From Sphingomonas sp. (lineage in GTDB: Bacteria > Pseudomonadota > Alphaproteobacteria > Sphingomonadales > Sphingomonadaceae), in contig NZ_JANYGG010000065.1 of assembly GCF_025362505.1 (NCBI RefSeq), forward strand, positions 12,536 through 76,535: DNA of 64,000 nt, in the 5' to 3' direction. Of this stretch, positions 50,163 to 59,833 are shown in pieces. Below the pieces are notes generated by a model. That model made no database searches, was not told the DNA's origin, and saw only the letters and a program-made list of their open reading frames with translations. A program made the translations under genes and the position numbers. Position 1 is the stretch's first letter; every line of letters begins with the position of its first letter.

Positions 50163-52256
50163 GTGTTTATGCTTATTCACGCCATCCCCATGCTCCTCCT
50201 CGCCCTTGACGCCAGCCCCCGTGCGGTAAAGCTCGCCGAGCTGGGTAGTGAGATTGTCGTCACCGCGCTGCACGAACGCCGCTCTAATGAGAGCGCAACC
50301 AAGACCGACACACCACTTCAGAATATCCCCCAGACAATCAGCGTCATCGACAGCCGCCAGATCGCCGATCAGGGCATGCGCTCGATCCAGGACGTCCTCC
50401 GCTACGTCCCCGGGGTTGCGCTGTCGGGCGGGGAAGGGCATCGCGACCAGATTGTCGTGCGCGGCAACGGGTCCACCGCCGACTTCTTCGTCGACGGCCT
50501 GCGCGACGACGTTCAATATTACCGCGGCCTCTACAATCTCGACCGGGTCGAGGTGCTCAAGGGTCCCAACGCAATGATCTTCGGCCGTGGTGGCGGTGGC
50601 GGGGTGGTCAACCGGGTGACCAAGCGGCCCGAACGCGCCCGCATCGCCCGCGGCACTGTTTCGCTCGACGAGCGCGGCGCCTGGTATGGCGAGGCGGACC
50701 TCAACTCCCCGTTCGGCGAACGGTTCAGCGCGCGGGCAAACGCCGTGTACGAAGAGTTCAACAATTTCCGCGATGCCTATGAAGGGTACCGGATCGGCCT
50801 CAACCCGACACTGGCCCTTACTCCGAACGCGGCAACGCGGATCGATGTTGGCTTCGAATATGCCGCCGACCGCCGAGTCGTCGATCGCGGCCTTCCATCC
50901 GACGGCGGGCGGCCGCTCACGGGCTTCGACCGAACCTTCTTCGGCGATACCGAGCTCAATCGTACACGCTTTACCGGGAAGGTCGGTACCGCTCGATTCG
51001 AGCATCGCTTCACCGACCGGCTCAAGCTCGTCTCAAAGGCGCTCTATGGCGACTATGACAAATTTTACCGAAACGTCTTGGCCGCGACGCCCGTCACGAC
51101 CGTTGGCGGCGTCCGTCGCGTCGGGCTTGAAGCCTATCAATCCCCGACGACGCGCCGCAACCTGCTGCTGCAGACCGACCTCATCGCCGATGTGACGACC
51201 GGACCTGTCAGCCACACATTGCTCGTCGGGACCGATTTTGGCGACCAGCGTACCCACGCCGAGCGGACCCAAGGTTTCTTCGACTCCGGACCTTTCACTA
51301 GCGCCGACCAGCGCCGGTACATGACGCCCCTTGCCAGCGATATTTTCGTGCCGACGGTCACTTTTCGCGACGGCATCGGGCGGACCGATGCGCGCACCCG
51401 GGCGAAGGCTTTCGGCGTCTATGTCCAGGACCAGGCGAAGATCGGCGATCATCTCGAGATCGTCGCCGGCTTGCGCCGTGACCAGTTTGAGTTGGCGGTC
51501 AACGACCTTCGGAAAAACGCCTTTTTCCGCCGCACCGATCTTCTCTGGTCACCGCGGATCGGGCTTGTCCTGAAACCCACCGACCGGCTGTCCCTCTATG
51601 CCAGCTTCAGCCGCAGCTTCCTTCCCCAGTCGGGCGACCAGTTCAGCTCGCTCGACGTCACCACTGCCGCACTCAAGCCCGAGCGCTTCACCAATCGCGA
51701 AGCGGGAGTGAAGTGGGCTGCGCTGCCCGGCCTCGACGTCTCGCTCGCCGCCTATCGTCTCGACCGCACCGACACGCGCGCGACCGATCCCGCGACCAAC
51801 CTCACCGTGCTCACCGGCGCCCAGCGCAGCCGAGGTGTCGAACTGACGGTGCAGGGCGAGGTCAGCCGCCGGCTAACGATCAGTGGCGGCGCCGCACTGC
51901 AGGAAGCCGAGATCACCCGCACCACGGTCGCCGCGCCCACCGGCCGCAAGGTGCCGCTGGTGCCGAAATTCCAGGCTTCGCTGTGGGGGCGCTATAATCT
52001 TACCGACCGCCTCGGCGCCGGGCTTGGCGTCTACCACCAGTCCAACAGCTTCGCCTCGATCAGCAACACGGTCGTCTTGCCGGCCTTCACGCGGGTCGAT
52101 GCGGCGGCCTTCGCCAAGCTCGGCCACGGCGCCGAATTCCAGCTCAACGTCGAAAATCTGATCGACCGATCCTATGTCGGACTGGCCTTCAACGACAACA
52201 ACCTCACCCCCGCCAACCCTCGCACCGTCCGTGCGACCCTGCGCTTCGGGATATAG
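50163..52256 (+). CDS. TonB-dependent (siderophore-type) receptor
   Basis: TonB box EIVVTA, SATKTDTPL..IPQ, DVLRYVPGV, RVEVLKGP plug domain, C-terminal NVENL.D...PRT; start may be the ATG at 50169. Confidence 0.93.
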   Translation: MFMLIHAIPMLLLALDASPRAVKLAELGSEIVVTALHERRSNESATKTDTPLQNIPQTISVIDSRQIADQGMRSIQDVLRYVPGVALSGGEGHRDQIVVRGNGSTADFFVDGLRDDVQYYRGLYNLDRVEVLKGPNAMIFGRGGGGGVVNRVTKRPERARIARGTVSLDERGAWYGEADLNSPFGERFSARANAVYEEFNNFRDAYEGYRIGLNPTLALTPNAATRIDVGFEYAADRRVVDRGLPSDGGRPLTGFDRTFFGDTELNRTRFTGKVGTARFEHRFTDRLKLVSKALYGDYDKFYRNVLAATPVTTVGGVRRVGLEAYQSPTTRRNLLLQTDLIADVTTGPVSHTLLVGTDFGDQRTHAERTQGFFDSGPFTSADQRRYMTPLASDIFVPTVTFRDGIGRTDARTRAKAFGVYVQDQAKIGDHLEIVAGLRRDQFELAVNDLRKNAFFRRTDLLWSPRIGLVLKPTDRLSLYASFSRSFLPQSGDQFSSLDVTTAALKPERFTNREAGVKWAALPGLDVSLAAYRLDRTDTRATDPATNLTVLTGAQRSRGVELTVQGEVSRRLTISGGAALQEAEITRTTVAAPTGRKVPLVPKFQASLWGRYNLTDRLGAGLGVYHQSNSFASISNTVVLPAFTRVDAAAFAKLGHGAEFQLNVENLIDRSYVGLAFNDNNLTPANPRTVRATLRFGI

Positions 52257-52366
52257 CCGAGCGACTGCGCCGCCGGCGGGCACCTACGGCCAACTCCGCC
52301 ACCCGCGCGCTGACTTGCGCGGTGAACCCGGCGCGTTAGACTTCGCCCGAAAATAGGGGAGAGTTT

Positions 52367-54133
52367 ATGCGTCGTACAATGATCGCGCTGTTTGTCGGCA
52401 CCAGCCTGACGCTCGCCGCGCCGGCTGTTGCGGGTCCAGCTGGAACGGCCAGCTTTCATCGGCTGATGGACGATTATTGGGTGGCCTATCTCAAGACTTC
52501 GCCGCTGTCCGCAAGCCAGGCGGGGGTGCAGAGCTATGACGCTCAGCTCGACCTCGTCGGGACAGCGCAAATGGATCGCCAAGCGGCGGCAGCGGCGGGA
52601 TTCCTGGCGCGGCTGAACACCATTCCCGCCGCCGGGCTCGACCCCGCCGACCAGACCAATCGCGCGATCCTCAAGCGCCAGCTCGAAGGCGCGATCGAGG
52701 GCAATCGCTTTGGTCAGCGACAATTGCTCTATTCGACGCTCGGCAGCTACCACAACATGCTCGCTGGAATGGCCGAACAGCTGCCGTTCCGGGCCCGCGC
52801 AGATTATGACAATTATCTCAGCCGGCTCGCGCTCGTGCCCGATCGGATGCGGGCCTATAGCGACCTCAGCGTCGCCGCTGCGCGGCAGGGTTTCGTCCAA
52901 CCGTGCGTGACGATGACCGGGTTCGAGACGAGCATCACCGGGGTCATTGCCGCCGATCCGGCGAAGTCGCGCTTCTACCTGCCGTTCGCCGGGGCGCGCC
53001 CCTCAGTCGTCGCGGATGCCGACTGGGAGGCGCTGCAAGAGCGGGCGCGCGGGCTGATCAGCTCCCGCATCAACCCGAGCTACCAGTCGTTCGACGACGC
53101 CTATGTTCGCGACATCAAGGGCAAGTGCCGGGCCTCGGTCGGCGCCTCCGCGCTGCCCAATGGCGCGGCTTACTACGCATACCAGGTGCGCCAGCAGACC
53201 ACGACCGACCTCACCCCCGAAGCGATCCACCAACTCGGGCTTCGCGAAGTGGCGCGGATCCGAGCGGAAATGGTCGAAGTGGCGACCAAGGCGGGGTACC
53301 CGACCCGCGAGGCGATGATCGCCGAGATACGCTCGAACCCGAAGTATTTTGCTCGCACGCCAACCGAACTGATGGCCGCAGCCGCTCTCCAGGCCAAGAC
53401 GATCGACGGCAAGATGCCGACCTTGTTCACCCGCCTGCCTCGCCTGCCGTACGGGGTGCGTGAAATCCCGGCCGAGACCGCCGCTGGCAACACCACCGCT
53501 TATTACCAGCCTGGCAGCCCCGACGCCGGGATCGCGGGGACTTACTACGTCAACACGTCGAAACTCGACCAGCGTCCGTTGTGGGAGCTGCCGGCCTTGA
53601 CCGTCCACGAGGCGGTCCCTGGCCATCACATGCAGATTGCGCTCCAGCAGGAGCTCGAGATGCCGCCGTGGCGCAAATACACCGTCTTCTTCACCGCGTT
53701 CGTCGAGGGGTGGGGGCTATATTCGGAACGGCTCGGGATCGAGATGGGGATCTACGATACGCCCGAGAAAAACATGGGTCGGCTGAGCTACGAAATGTGG
53801 CGCGCGTGCCGGCTGGTGGTCGACACCGGACTGCATGCGAAAGGTTGGAGCAAGGGCCAGGCGGTTGCCTTCATGAAGGACAATAGCGCACTGACCGACG
53901 CCAACATCGACGCCGAGGTCAATCGCTACATCTCCAACCCGGGCCAGGCGCTGGCCTACAAGCTGGGCGAGCTCAAGATCCGTGAATTGCGCGCGCGGGC
54001 CGAGCAGCAGCTCGGGCCGAAGTTCGACCTGCGCCGCTTCCACGACGCGGTGCTTGGGCAAGGCGCGGTGCCGCTCGACGCCCTTGAAGCGCAGATCGAC
54101 GCATGGATCGCTGCCGAGAAAGCCCGCGCGTAA
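52367..54133 (+). CDS. DUF885 family secreted protein (putative metallopeptidase)
   Basis: HEAVPGHH, EGWGLYSE, RACRLVVDTG.H, PGQALAYK.G. Confidence 0.9.
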   Translation: MRRTMIALFVGTSLTLAAPAVAGPAGTASFHRLMDDYWVAYLKTSPLSASQAGVQSYDAQLDLVGTAQMDRQAAAAAGFLARLNTIPAAGLDPADQTNRAILKRQLEGAIEGNRFGQRQLLYSTLGSYHNMLAGMAEQLPFRARADYDNYLSRLALVPDRMRAYSDLSVAAARQGFVQPCVTMTGFETSITGVIAADPAKSRFYLPFAGARPSVVADADWEALQERARGLISSRINPSYQSFDDAYVRDIKGKCRASVGASALPNGAAYYAYQVRQQTTTDLTPEAIHQLGLREVARIRAEMVEVATKAGYPTREAMIAEIRSNPKYFARTPTELMAAAALQAKTIDGKMPTLFTRLPRLPYGVREIPAETAAGNTTAYYQPGSPDAGIAGTYYVNTSKLDQRPLWELPALTVHEAVPGHHMQIALQQELEMPPWRKYTVFFTAFVEGWGLYSERLGIEMGIYDTPEKNMGRLSYEMWRACRLVVDTGLHAKGWSKGQAVAFMKDNSALTDANIDAEVNRYISNPGQALAYKLGELKIRELRARAEQQLGPKFDLRRFHDAVLGQGAVPLDALEAQIDAWIAAEKARA

Positions 54134-54136
54134 TTC

Positions 54137-54541
54137 TTATTTCGGCGGCGGCGTATCCGCGTTGACGTCGGAGGCGCGGGCGCTGGCGGCGTCGTGGATT
54201 TCCTGCAGCGCGCAGCCGGTGTAGCCGGCCGGGCCGACCGCCGAGCAGCTTTGCGGGCCGGTCAGGCCCTGGCGGCTGAACACGCGCGACTGGTTGACCC
54301 AGCTGTTGCGCTTCTGCGGCGCGCCACTAGAGCGCAGATTGGGCGGAATGCGGAAGCGCTCGCTCTCGGGTCGGCGCGAACAGACCACGATCTGGTCATC
54401 GGTCGAGCGCGGGCATGGATCGGTGCCGTAGACGAGGATCTCGGCGCTACGGCTCTGCGCCAGCGCAGGCAGCGGCTCCATCACGGTCGAGCCGACGAGC
54501 ATTGCGGCGCCGATCGCGAAACTGGAGAACAGGGCTTTCAT
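54137..54541 (-). CDS. Small secreted hypothetical protein with four Cys
   Basis: AAGGA Shine-Dalgarno, signal peptide, VYG.DPCP.ST...IVVC..RPE.ER.RIP and SCS.VG..G.TGC. Confidence 0.8.
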   Translation of the reverse strand: MKALFSSFAIGAAMLVGSTVMEPLPALAQSRSAEILVYGTDPCPRSTDDQIVVCSRRPESERFRIPPNLRSSGAPQKRNSWVNQSRVFSRQGLTGPQSCSAVGPAGYTGCALQEIHDAASARASDVNADTPPPK

Positions 54542-54550
54542 GCGGTCGTC

Positions 54551-54580
54551 CTTTCGAGGAGTCTATCGGCTTTCGAGGAG
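54551..54580. repeat. 11-bp direct repeat CTTTCGAGGAG (two copies)
   Basis: Copies at 54551-54561 and 54570-54580, in the leader of the gene starting at 54541. Confidence 0.7.
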
Positions 54581-54611
54581 GTCAACGGTCGAGCCGCTGC
54601 CCCGGGTTCAT

Positions 54612-55148
54612 TCAAATGCGTTTCGACAGGCTGATCGCCGCGCGGCATCCCGCGCGGATCACGGCCGAGAGCATCGGGTAGCCGGCGGCTTCGGCGGCGC
54701 CATGTTCGCGCGCGGTGTTGCGATGCTCGAGCTCATCGGCCTGGAAATCTAGGATGTCGGCGGCAAGCTCGGGATCGCTATCACCAAGTTCGACCAGCTG
54801 GTCGGCATAATGTTTGTCGATCTCGGTCTCGACCGCCTCGGTGCAGGCCATTGCCGCTTTCTCGGACATCAATGCGGTCGCCGCGCCAAGCGCAAAGCCG
54901 GCGATGTCCCAGATCGGATGGAGCAGGGTGGGGCGGACGCGGCGTTCGGCCATCAGCTCGTTGAAGCGCTTGAGGTGGCGCTCCTCCTGCGATGCCATTC
55001 GCGCGACGAGGTGCGAGGCGGGGGTGCCACGGCCGAGCACCGCGAGCTGCCCGGCGTAAATCCGGGTCGCACCATATTCGCCGGCCTGATTGACGCGCAG
55101 CATCGACGCGAAGTCGGGCTTGCGGTCTCCCGGAGTCCAGCGGCTCAT
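54612..55148 (-). CDS. coq7: Demethoxyubiquinone hydroxylase (Coq7 family)
   Basis: RVNQAGEYGA.RIY.GQ, E..H, AVE..I..HY, DE.EH di-iron motifs. Confidence 0.92.
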   Translation of the reverse strand: MSRWTPGDRKPDFASMLRVNQAGEYGATRIYAGQLAVLGRGTPASHLVARMASQEERHLKRFNELMAERRVRPTLLHPIWDIAGFALGAATALMSEKAAMACTEAVETEIDKHYADQLVELGDSDPELAADILDFQADELEHRNTAREHGAAEAAGYPMLSAVIRAGCRAAISLSKRI

Positions 55149-55672
55149 GCGTGCCTCCCGCGCACGAGCAAGGCCCAGACAGCGATTGCCGAAGGCAGCG
55201 AGATGACCGCGTTCCAGGCTGCCAGCGAGAGGCCGAGGAAACGCCACTGGACCTGGTCGCACTGGATCAGCGGCACTTTCATAATCTCCTTGAAAACGTC
55301 AGCCGTGGTGCTGCCACTGCCCAAGGTCGAGCAGCTGGTGAAGCCCTTGAAGACGTGCGCCTCGACCCCGGCATGATAAACGCCGATCGCGCCGGAGATG
55401 GCGATGCCGAGCGCGGCGAGCGCCACAAGGCCGCGCGCTCGAGATGTCTCGGCCGGAAACAGGAACGCGGCGCCAGCCAGCGCGATCGCGGCGGCATGAG
55501 GATAACGCTGCCACCAGCACATTTCACATGGCCACAAATGACCGACATATTGCGAAAAGAGCGCGCCACCGAGCAGCGCGACCGGAACCGCCAGCGCCAG
55601 CAAACGGGCGACAGCGCCCGGCGACTGCGTGCCGATCCGCGCGTGCGGCGCAGGGAGGGCGGTGTCGCTCAT
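55145..55672 (-). CDS. dsbB: Disulfide bond formation protein B
   Basis: PCEMCWWQR, YHAGVE, second Cys pair, GLSLA.WN. Confidence 0.9.
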   Translation of the reverse strand: MSDTALPAPHARIGTQSPGAVARLLALAVPVALLGGALFSQYVGHLWPCEMCWWQRYPHAAAIALAGAAFLFPAETSRARGLVALAALGIAISGAIGVYHAGVEAHVFKGFTSCSTLGSGSTTADVFKEIMKVPLIQCDQVQWRFLGLSLAAWNAVISLPSAIAVWALLVRGRHA

Positions 55673-55676
55673 CGGC

Positions 55677-57008
55677 CTAGCGGGTCGCCACTTTGGGCGC
55701 GGCGGGGGCTTTGGCGGCGAGCCGCTTCAGTGTCTTCAGGGCATAGTCGAGCTGGAAGTCCTTGACCCCCTGCGCCTTCAGCTGGTCGGCGGTTGCAGTG
55801 AACCGTGGATCGGGGTTTGCGTCGTCCTCGAGGATCGAATCATCGACCTTGGTCTGGCTCAAGAGGTGCTTGCGCAGGTCGGCCTCGCGCAGCCGCGGGC
55901 GCAGCTTGTAATCGGGATCGCTAAGCTGCGGCACGACGATATCGGGATCGATCCCGCCCGCCTGAACCGATCGGCCCGACGGCGTGTAGTAACGCGCGGT
56001 GGTCAGGCGCAGGACCGAGGCGGCGCTCATCGGCATGACCGTCTGGACACTGCCCTTGCCGAAGCTGCGCTCGCCGAGCACGAGCGCGCGGCGTTGATCC
56101 TGAAGCGCGCCGGCAACAATTTCCGCCGCCGAGGCAGTGCCCGCATCGACCAGCACGACGACAGGCAGGCCGTGGGCGAGGTCTCCGGGGTGGGCGTAGA
56201 AGCGCTCGATGTCGGTCTTCTCGCGGCCGCGCTCTGAAACAATCTCCCCGCGGTCGAGGAAGGCATCGCTGACCGACACCGCCTGGTCGAGTAGCCCGCC
56301 GGGATTGGAACGCAGGTCGACTACATAGCCGAGCGGACGGCCGCCAGTGGCCTTGTCAATCGACATCAGCGCGGATTCCGTCGCGGCGCCGGTCTGCGCC
56401 GAGAAGCTGTTGATATTGATGTAGCCGATGCCGTCCTTGACCTCCCACTTGACCGGCTTGAGCTCGATTTTCTCGCGGGTCAGCTGGACGTCGAACGGCT
56501 TGTCGCGGCCGGGGCGGACGATGGTCAGCTTGATCTTCGTGCCGGGCGCGCCGCGCATCTTCTCGACCGCCTCGTCGAGGGTCGAGCCGTAGAGCAGTTC
56601 GCCGTCGAGATGGGTGATGTAGTCGCCGGATTTGAGACCCGCGCGCCACGCTGGCGTATCCTGCGTCGGGGTGACGATCTTGACCGCGCCGTCCTCGGAC
56701 GAAACGGTGATACCGAGCCCGCCGTAATTGCCGTCGGTGGTCGCCTTGGTCTGCTGGAAGTCGGCGCCCTCGGCATAGGCCGAGTGCGGATCGAGCGCGG
56801 CAAGCATGCCGTCGATCGCGCCCTTGATCAGGACATGGTCGTCGACCTTGTCGACATAGCTCGATCGGGCGCGCTGGAACACGCTCATGAACGTCTCGAG
56901 CTCTTTATAGGTGTCGGTGTCGGCCGCCGCGAGCTGACTGGTGGCGGTGGGGACGAAGGCCAGCGCGCCGACCAGCGCGAAGGGAGGAAGAAGCTTGGCG
57001 AAGCGCAT
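55677..57008 (-). CDS. ctpA: S41 C-terminal processing peptidase
   Basis: LDPHS, GLG PDZ domain, DLRSNPGG, TASAAEI, SFGKGSVQ, YYTPSG. Confidence 0.93.
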   Translation of the reverse strand: MRFAKLLPPFALVGALAFVPTATSQLAAADTDTYKELETFMSVFQRARSSYVDKVDDHVLIKGAIDGMLAALDPHSAYAEGADFQQTKATTDGNYGGLGITVSSEDGAVKIVTPTQDTPAWRAGLKSGDYITHLDGELLYGSTLDEAVEKMRGAPGTKIKLTIVRPGRDKPFDVQLTREKIELKPVKWEVKDGIGYININSFSAQTGAATESALMSIDKATGGRPLGYVVDLRSNPGGLLDQAVSVSDAFLDRGEIVSERGREKTDIERFYAHPGDLAHGLPVVVLVDAGTASAAEIVAGALQDQRRALVLGERSFGKGSVQTVMPMSAASVLRLTTARYYTPSGRSVQAGGIDPDIVVPQLSDPDYKLRPRLREADLRKHLLSQTKVDDSILEDDANPDPRFTATADQLKAQGVKDFQLDYALKTLKRLAAKAPAAPKVATR

Positions 57009-57041
57009 CGAACACCTTTTTCGAGACCGGCGGGGGCGAGT

Positions 57042-58229
57042 CTAGCCGCCTTTGGCGCGGTTTGACAGTATTGCAGATGAAGCGGCGATGAAGGCCGGCG
57101 ACAGATTGGTGCCCCGCTGGGACAGTTCGACCTCGACCGGGCCGACCGCACGACCGAGCGGGTCGCCGCGGCGGACGCGTGAGCCATTCGCAAGCGCGGT
57201 CCCGGCGTTGACGATGAGGCTGAGCCAGCCGCCACCATGGTCGATGATGATCACGCCGTCGGAGCGGCGATAGGGGCCGGCGAAGACGATTGTGCCGTCG
57301 GCGGGGACGGTCAGTGGGACGCCATTCGGGTTGGCGAAGGTCAGGCCGCGCGAGCGGATGCCGTTCGCGTCGACCGAGCCGAGCCCCGCGGCAAGCGGCG
57401 CGTCGAGCGGTAGCTGGTAGGCAAAGGGCGGCGCGCCGAGCTTGCTCTCGTCGGGCGTGGGACGCGGGGGTAGGGCATCGAGCTGGGCGAGTTTGCGCGC
57501 GTTGGCGAGGCCGGCGCGGCGACGGGCTACCACGTCGCCGAGTGCGGTCAGCGTTTCGCCGCCCGCAAGGCTGACGTCGCCAGCGCCAATCGCCTGGCCG
57601 GCGAATCGGGTCTTGCGGGACAGTGCCTGTTCCTCGAGCGAGGCGAAGCGGACGCGCTGCCGGTCGAGGTCGGTGCGCTCACGGGCGAGGGAGTCGCGTG
57701 CGGCGAGGGCGGAGGTCTCGGCGCGATGACCGGCTTCGATCTCGGTGGACAGTGCGGCGGTGCGCGCGCGGATCACGGGCATCGTGGCATCGAGCAGCGC
57801 GCGGACGCGGATGAATTCCTCGGTCGAGCCATCGGCCAGTGCAAGCAACGGCGGGCGACGGCCCATCGTAACGAGCCCGGCGAGCAGGCCGGCGATCGGT
57901 GCCTGGCGTTCGGCGAGCCGCCGGTGCTGGGCGGCGGCGGCGGCGCGGGCGATGACGAGCTCGGCCTCGGCGGCGGCGATGCGGGCTTCGGCGCCCTCGA
58001 TCGAGGCGGCGGCGGCGCGTTGTTCGCCGGCAAAGCGCTGAGCCTCGTCGCCGGCGCGCGAAGCTTCGGCGGTGAGGCGCTGCTCTTCGGCGCTGGCGCG
58101 GGCAACGTCGGCACGGGCGGCGGCGAGCGTCTGGTCGGGCGATGCGACGGGAGGCTCGTTACCGACCAGAGTTGGAGCTCCGAGCAGCGGCGCGGCGAGC
58201 AGCACGGCAAAGGTGAGGGACCAGCGCAT
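57042..58229 (-). CDS. EnvC-like murein hydrolase activator (degenerate M23 domain)
   Basis: Signal peptide, coiled coil, PADG.IVFAGP.R..G..IIDHGGG; conserved position between rlmH and ctpA. Confidence 0.82.
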   Translation of the reverse strand: MRWSLTFAVLLAAPLLGAPTLVGNEPPVASPDQTLAAARADVARASAEEQRLTAEASRAGDEAQRFAGEQRAAAASIEGAEARIAAAEAELVIARAAAAAQHRRLAERQAPIAGLLAGLVTMGRRPPLLALADGSTEEFIRVRALLDATMPVIRARTAALSTEIEAGHRAETSALAARDSLARERTDLDRQRVRFASLEEQALSRKTRFAGQAIGAGDVSLAGGETLTALGDVVARRRAGLANARKLAQLDALPPRPTPDESKLGAPPFAYQLPLDAPLAAGLGSVDANGIRSRGLTFANPNGVPLTVPADGTIVFAGPYRRSDGVIIIDHGGGWLSLIVNAGTALANGSRVRRGDPLGRAVGPVEVELSQRGTNLSPAFIAASSAILSNRAKGG

Positions 58230-58233
58230 CGGC

Positions 58234-58656
58234 CTATCCATCGCGATGATAGGGGTGGTTCGCAAGGATCGCCGTTGCGCGGAACAATTGCTCGGCCAGC
58301 ATCGCACGGGCCAGCAGGTGAGGCCAGGTCGCCGGTCCGAAGGAGAGGAGCAGGTCTGCGCCCGCCCGGCCCTTTTCGCCATGGCCGTCGGCGGCGCCAA
58401 TGAGGAAGCGCGCCTCGCGCTTGCCGCCGTCGCGCCACGCTTCCAGTTTCATCGCCAAGGCCATCGACGACAGCGCCTCACCGCGCTCGTCGAGGGCGAT
58501 CGTCACGCTGTTCGGGGGTGGCGGCGGGACGGTACCGCCGCGGTCAGGAAGCTCGCTGACCCTGGTCGACCAGGCGATTCGCTTGAGGTAGCGCTCAACC
58601 AGCTCGGCCTCGCTCGACCGCCCTATCTTGCCGCGGGCGATGATGTGCAGCAGCAT
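58234..58656 (-). CDS. rlmH: 23S rRNA pseudouridine-1915 N3-methyltransferase
   Basis: LDERG, F.IG.ADG, LSFG..TWPH.L.R.ML.EQL.RA, HPYH. Confidence 0.95.
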   Translation of the reverse strand: MLLHIIARGKIGRSSEAELVERYLKRIAWSTRVSELPDRGGTVPPPPPNSVTIALDERGEALSSMALAMKLEAWRDGGKREARFLIGAADGHGEKGRAGADLLLSFGPATWPHLLARAMLAEQLFRATAILANHPYHRDG

Positions 58657-58664
58657 GGGCCTGC

Positions 58665-59081
58665 CTAGGCGGCGCCGATCTTGGCGTCCTTTTCGTCTCC
58701 GAACGCCCACATCCGCTCGAGATTGTAGAAGCTGCGAACTTCGGGGCGGAACAGGTGGATTATCACGTCGTCGGCGTCGATCAGCACCCAGTCGGCGATA
58801 GGCAGCCCCTCGATCCGGGCGATCTTGCCGAATTCTTGCTTGATCTTGTCGGCGAGCTTGGTCGCCATCGACGCCACCTGGCGCGAGGAGCGGCCGGACG
58901 CGATCACCATGTGATCGGCGATCGACGACTTGCCGGCGAGCGGGATCGAGATGGTCTCGACCGCCTGGTCGTCGTCGAGGCTTTTCAGGATAAGCGCGTG
59001 GAGCGCGGCGACGTCGGCGGGGCCTGCAGGGCGACGGCCGGGAACGCGGACACCGCCAGTGGCGGGATTAGGGTCGGTCAA
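58665..59081 (-). CDS. rsfS: Ribosome silencing factor
   Basis: D.MVIASG.S.RQV, WVLID..DVI.HLF..E.R.FYNLE.MW. Confidence 0.95.
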   Translation of the reverse strand: MTDPNPATGGVRVPGRRPAGPADVAALHALILKSLDDDQAVETISIPLAGKSSIADHMVIASGRSSRQVASMATKLADKIKQEFGKIARIEGLPIADWVLIDADDVIIHLFRPEVRSFYNLERMWAFGDEKDAKIGAA

Positions 59082-59701
59082 TTCAGCTCCTGTGATGGCG
59101 CGCGGGCGAGGGGCGCCGCGAATCGGCGATGCCAGTCGAGATCAAGCGCGCGAAGGCGGGTTGCGGAGGTCGGGTCGGGGGGCAGGCGAAGCAGGCTAAT
59201 CGCCGGTGCGCTCCAATTCGTCCACCTCCGTGCCGTGGCGGCGGGGTGGACGAACCACCGCAGCCAGCCCATCGCGCGAGCCGCGCGGGCGTCGTCTCCA
59301 TAGCCCGGACGCGACATCACCGCAATCGGGATGGTGCGGGCAAGCCGGCGCCAATCCTTCCACTGGTGGAATAAGGGCAAAGTATCGGTGCCCATCAGCC
59401 AGATGAAGCGGTCGGTCGGATAGCGGCGGACGATCGCGGTTACCGTATCGACCGTGAAGCGGGTGCCGAGGCGGCTCTCGATGCTGCTGACCCTGATTCG
59501 CGTGCCTCGCGCCATTTCGCGGGCCGAGGCGAGGCGCGCGGAATAGGGCGCCATGCCTTGGGCCGGTTTGAGCGGATTACCGGGCGAGACCAGCCACCAC
59601 AGCTCGTCGAGCCCCAGCGCCTCCATCGCCGACAGGCTCATCCGCCGATGCCCGCGATGTGCCGGGTTGAAGCTGCCGCCAAGGAGACCGATGCGCCGCA
59701 T
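59078..59701 (-). CDS. nadD: Nicotinate-nucleotide adenylyltransferase
   Basis: GGSFNPAHRGH, VSPGNPLK, WLMG.D, W..W, SAT. Confidence 0.93.
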   Translation of the reverse strand: MRRIGLLGGSFNPAHRGHRRMSLSAMEALGLDELWWLVSPGNPLKPAQGMAPYSARLASAREMARGTRIRVSSIESRLGTRFTVDTVTAIVRRYPTDRFIWLMGTDTLPLFHQWKDWRRLARTIPIAVMSRPGYGDDARAARAMGWLRWFVHPAATARRWTNWSAPAISLLRLPPDPTSATRLRALDLDWHRRFAAPLARAPSQELN

Positions 59702-59833
59702 GTGGGAAGGGCTTTAGCAGCTTCCCGCTGTCAGCCTAGCGGCGGTGGCGCATGCGGAGCGGGAACAGGGCGAGGTCGAGTTGCCCGGCCCGAAGCGCGC
59801 ATCCCGCCTCCGGTTATCGCGTGACGCGCTGCA

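Noticed and set aside
54584-54610. Possible EcfG general-stress promoter (TGAAC-N18-CGTT) before the gene starting at 54541
   Set aside because: The spacer is longer than the usual GGAAC-N16/17-CGTT and the -35 has a mismatch; too weak to call.
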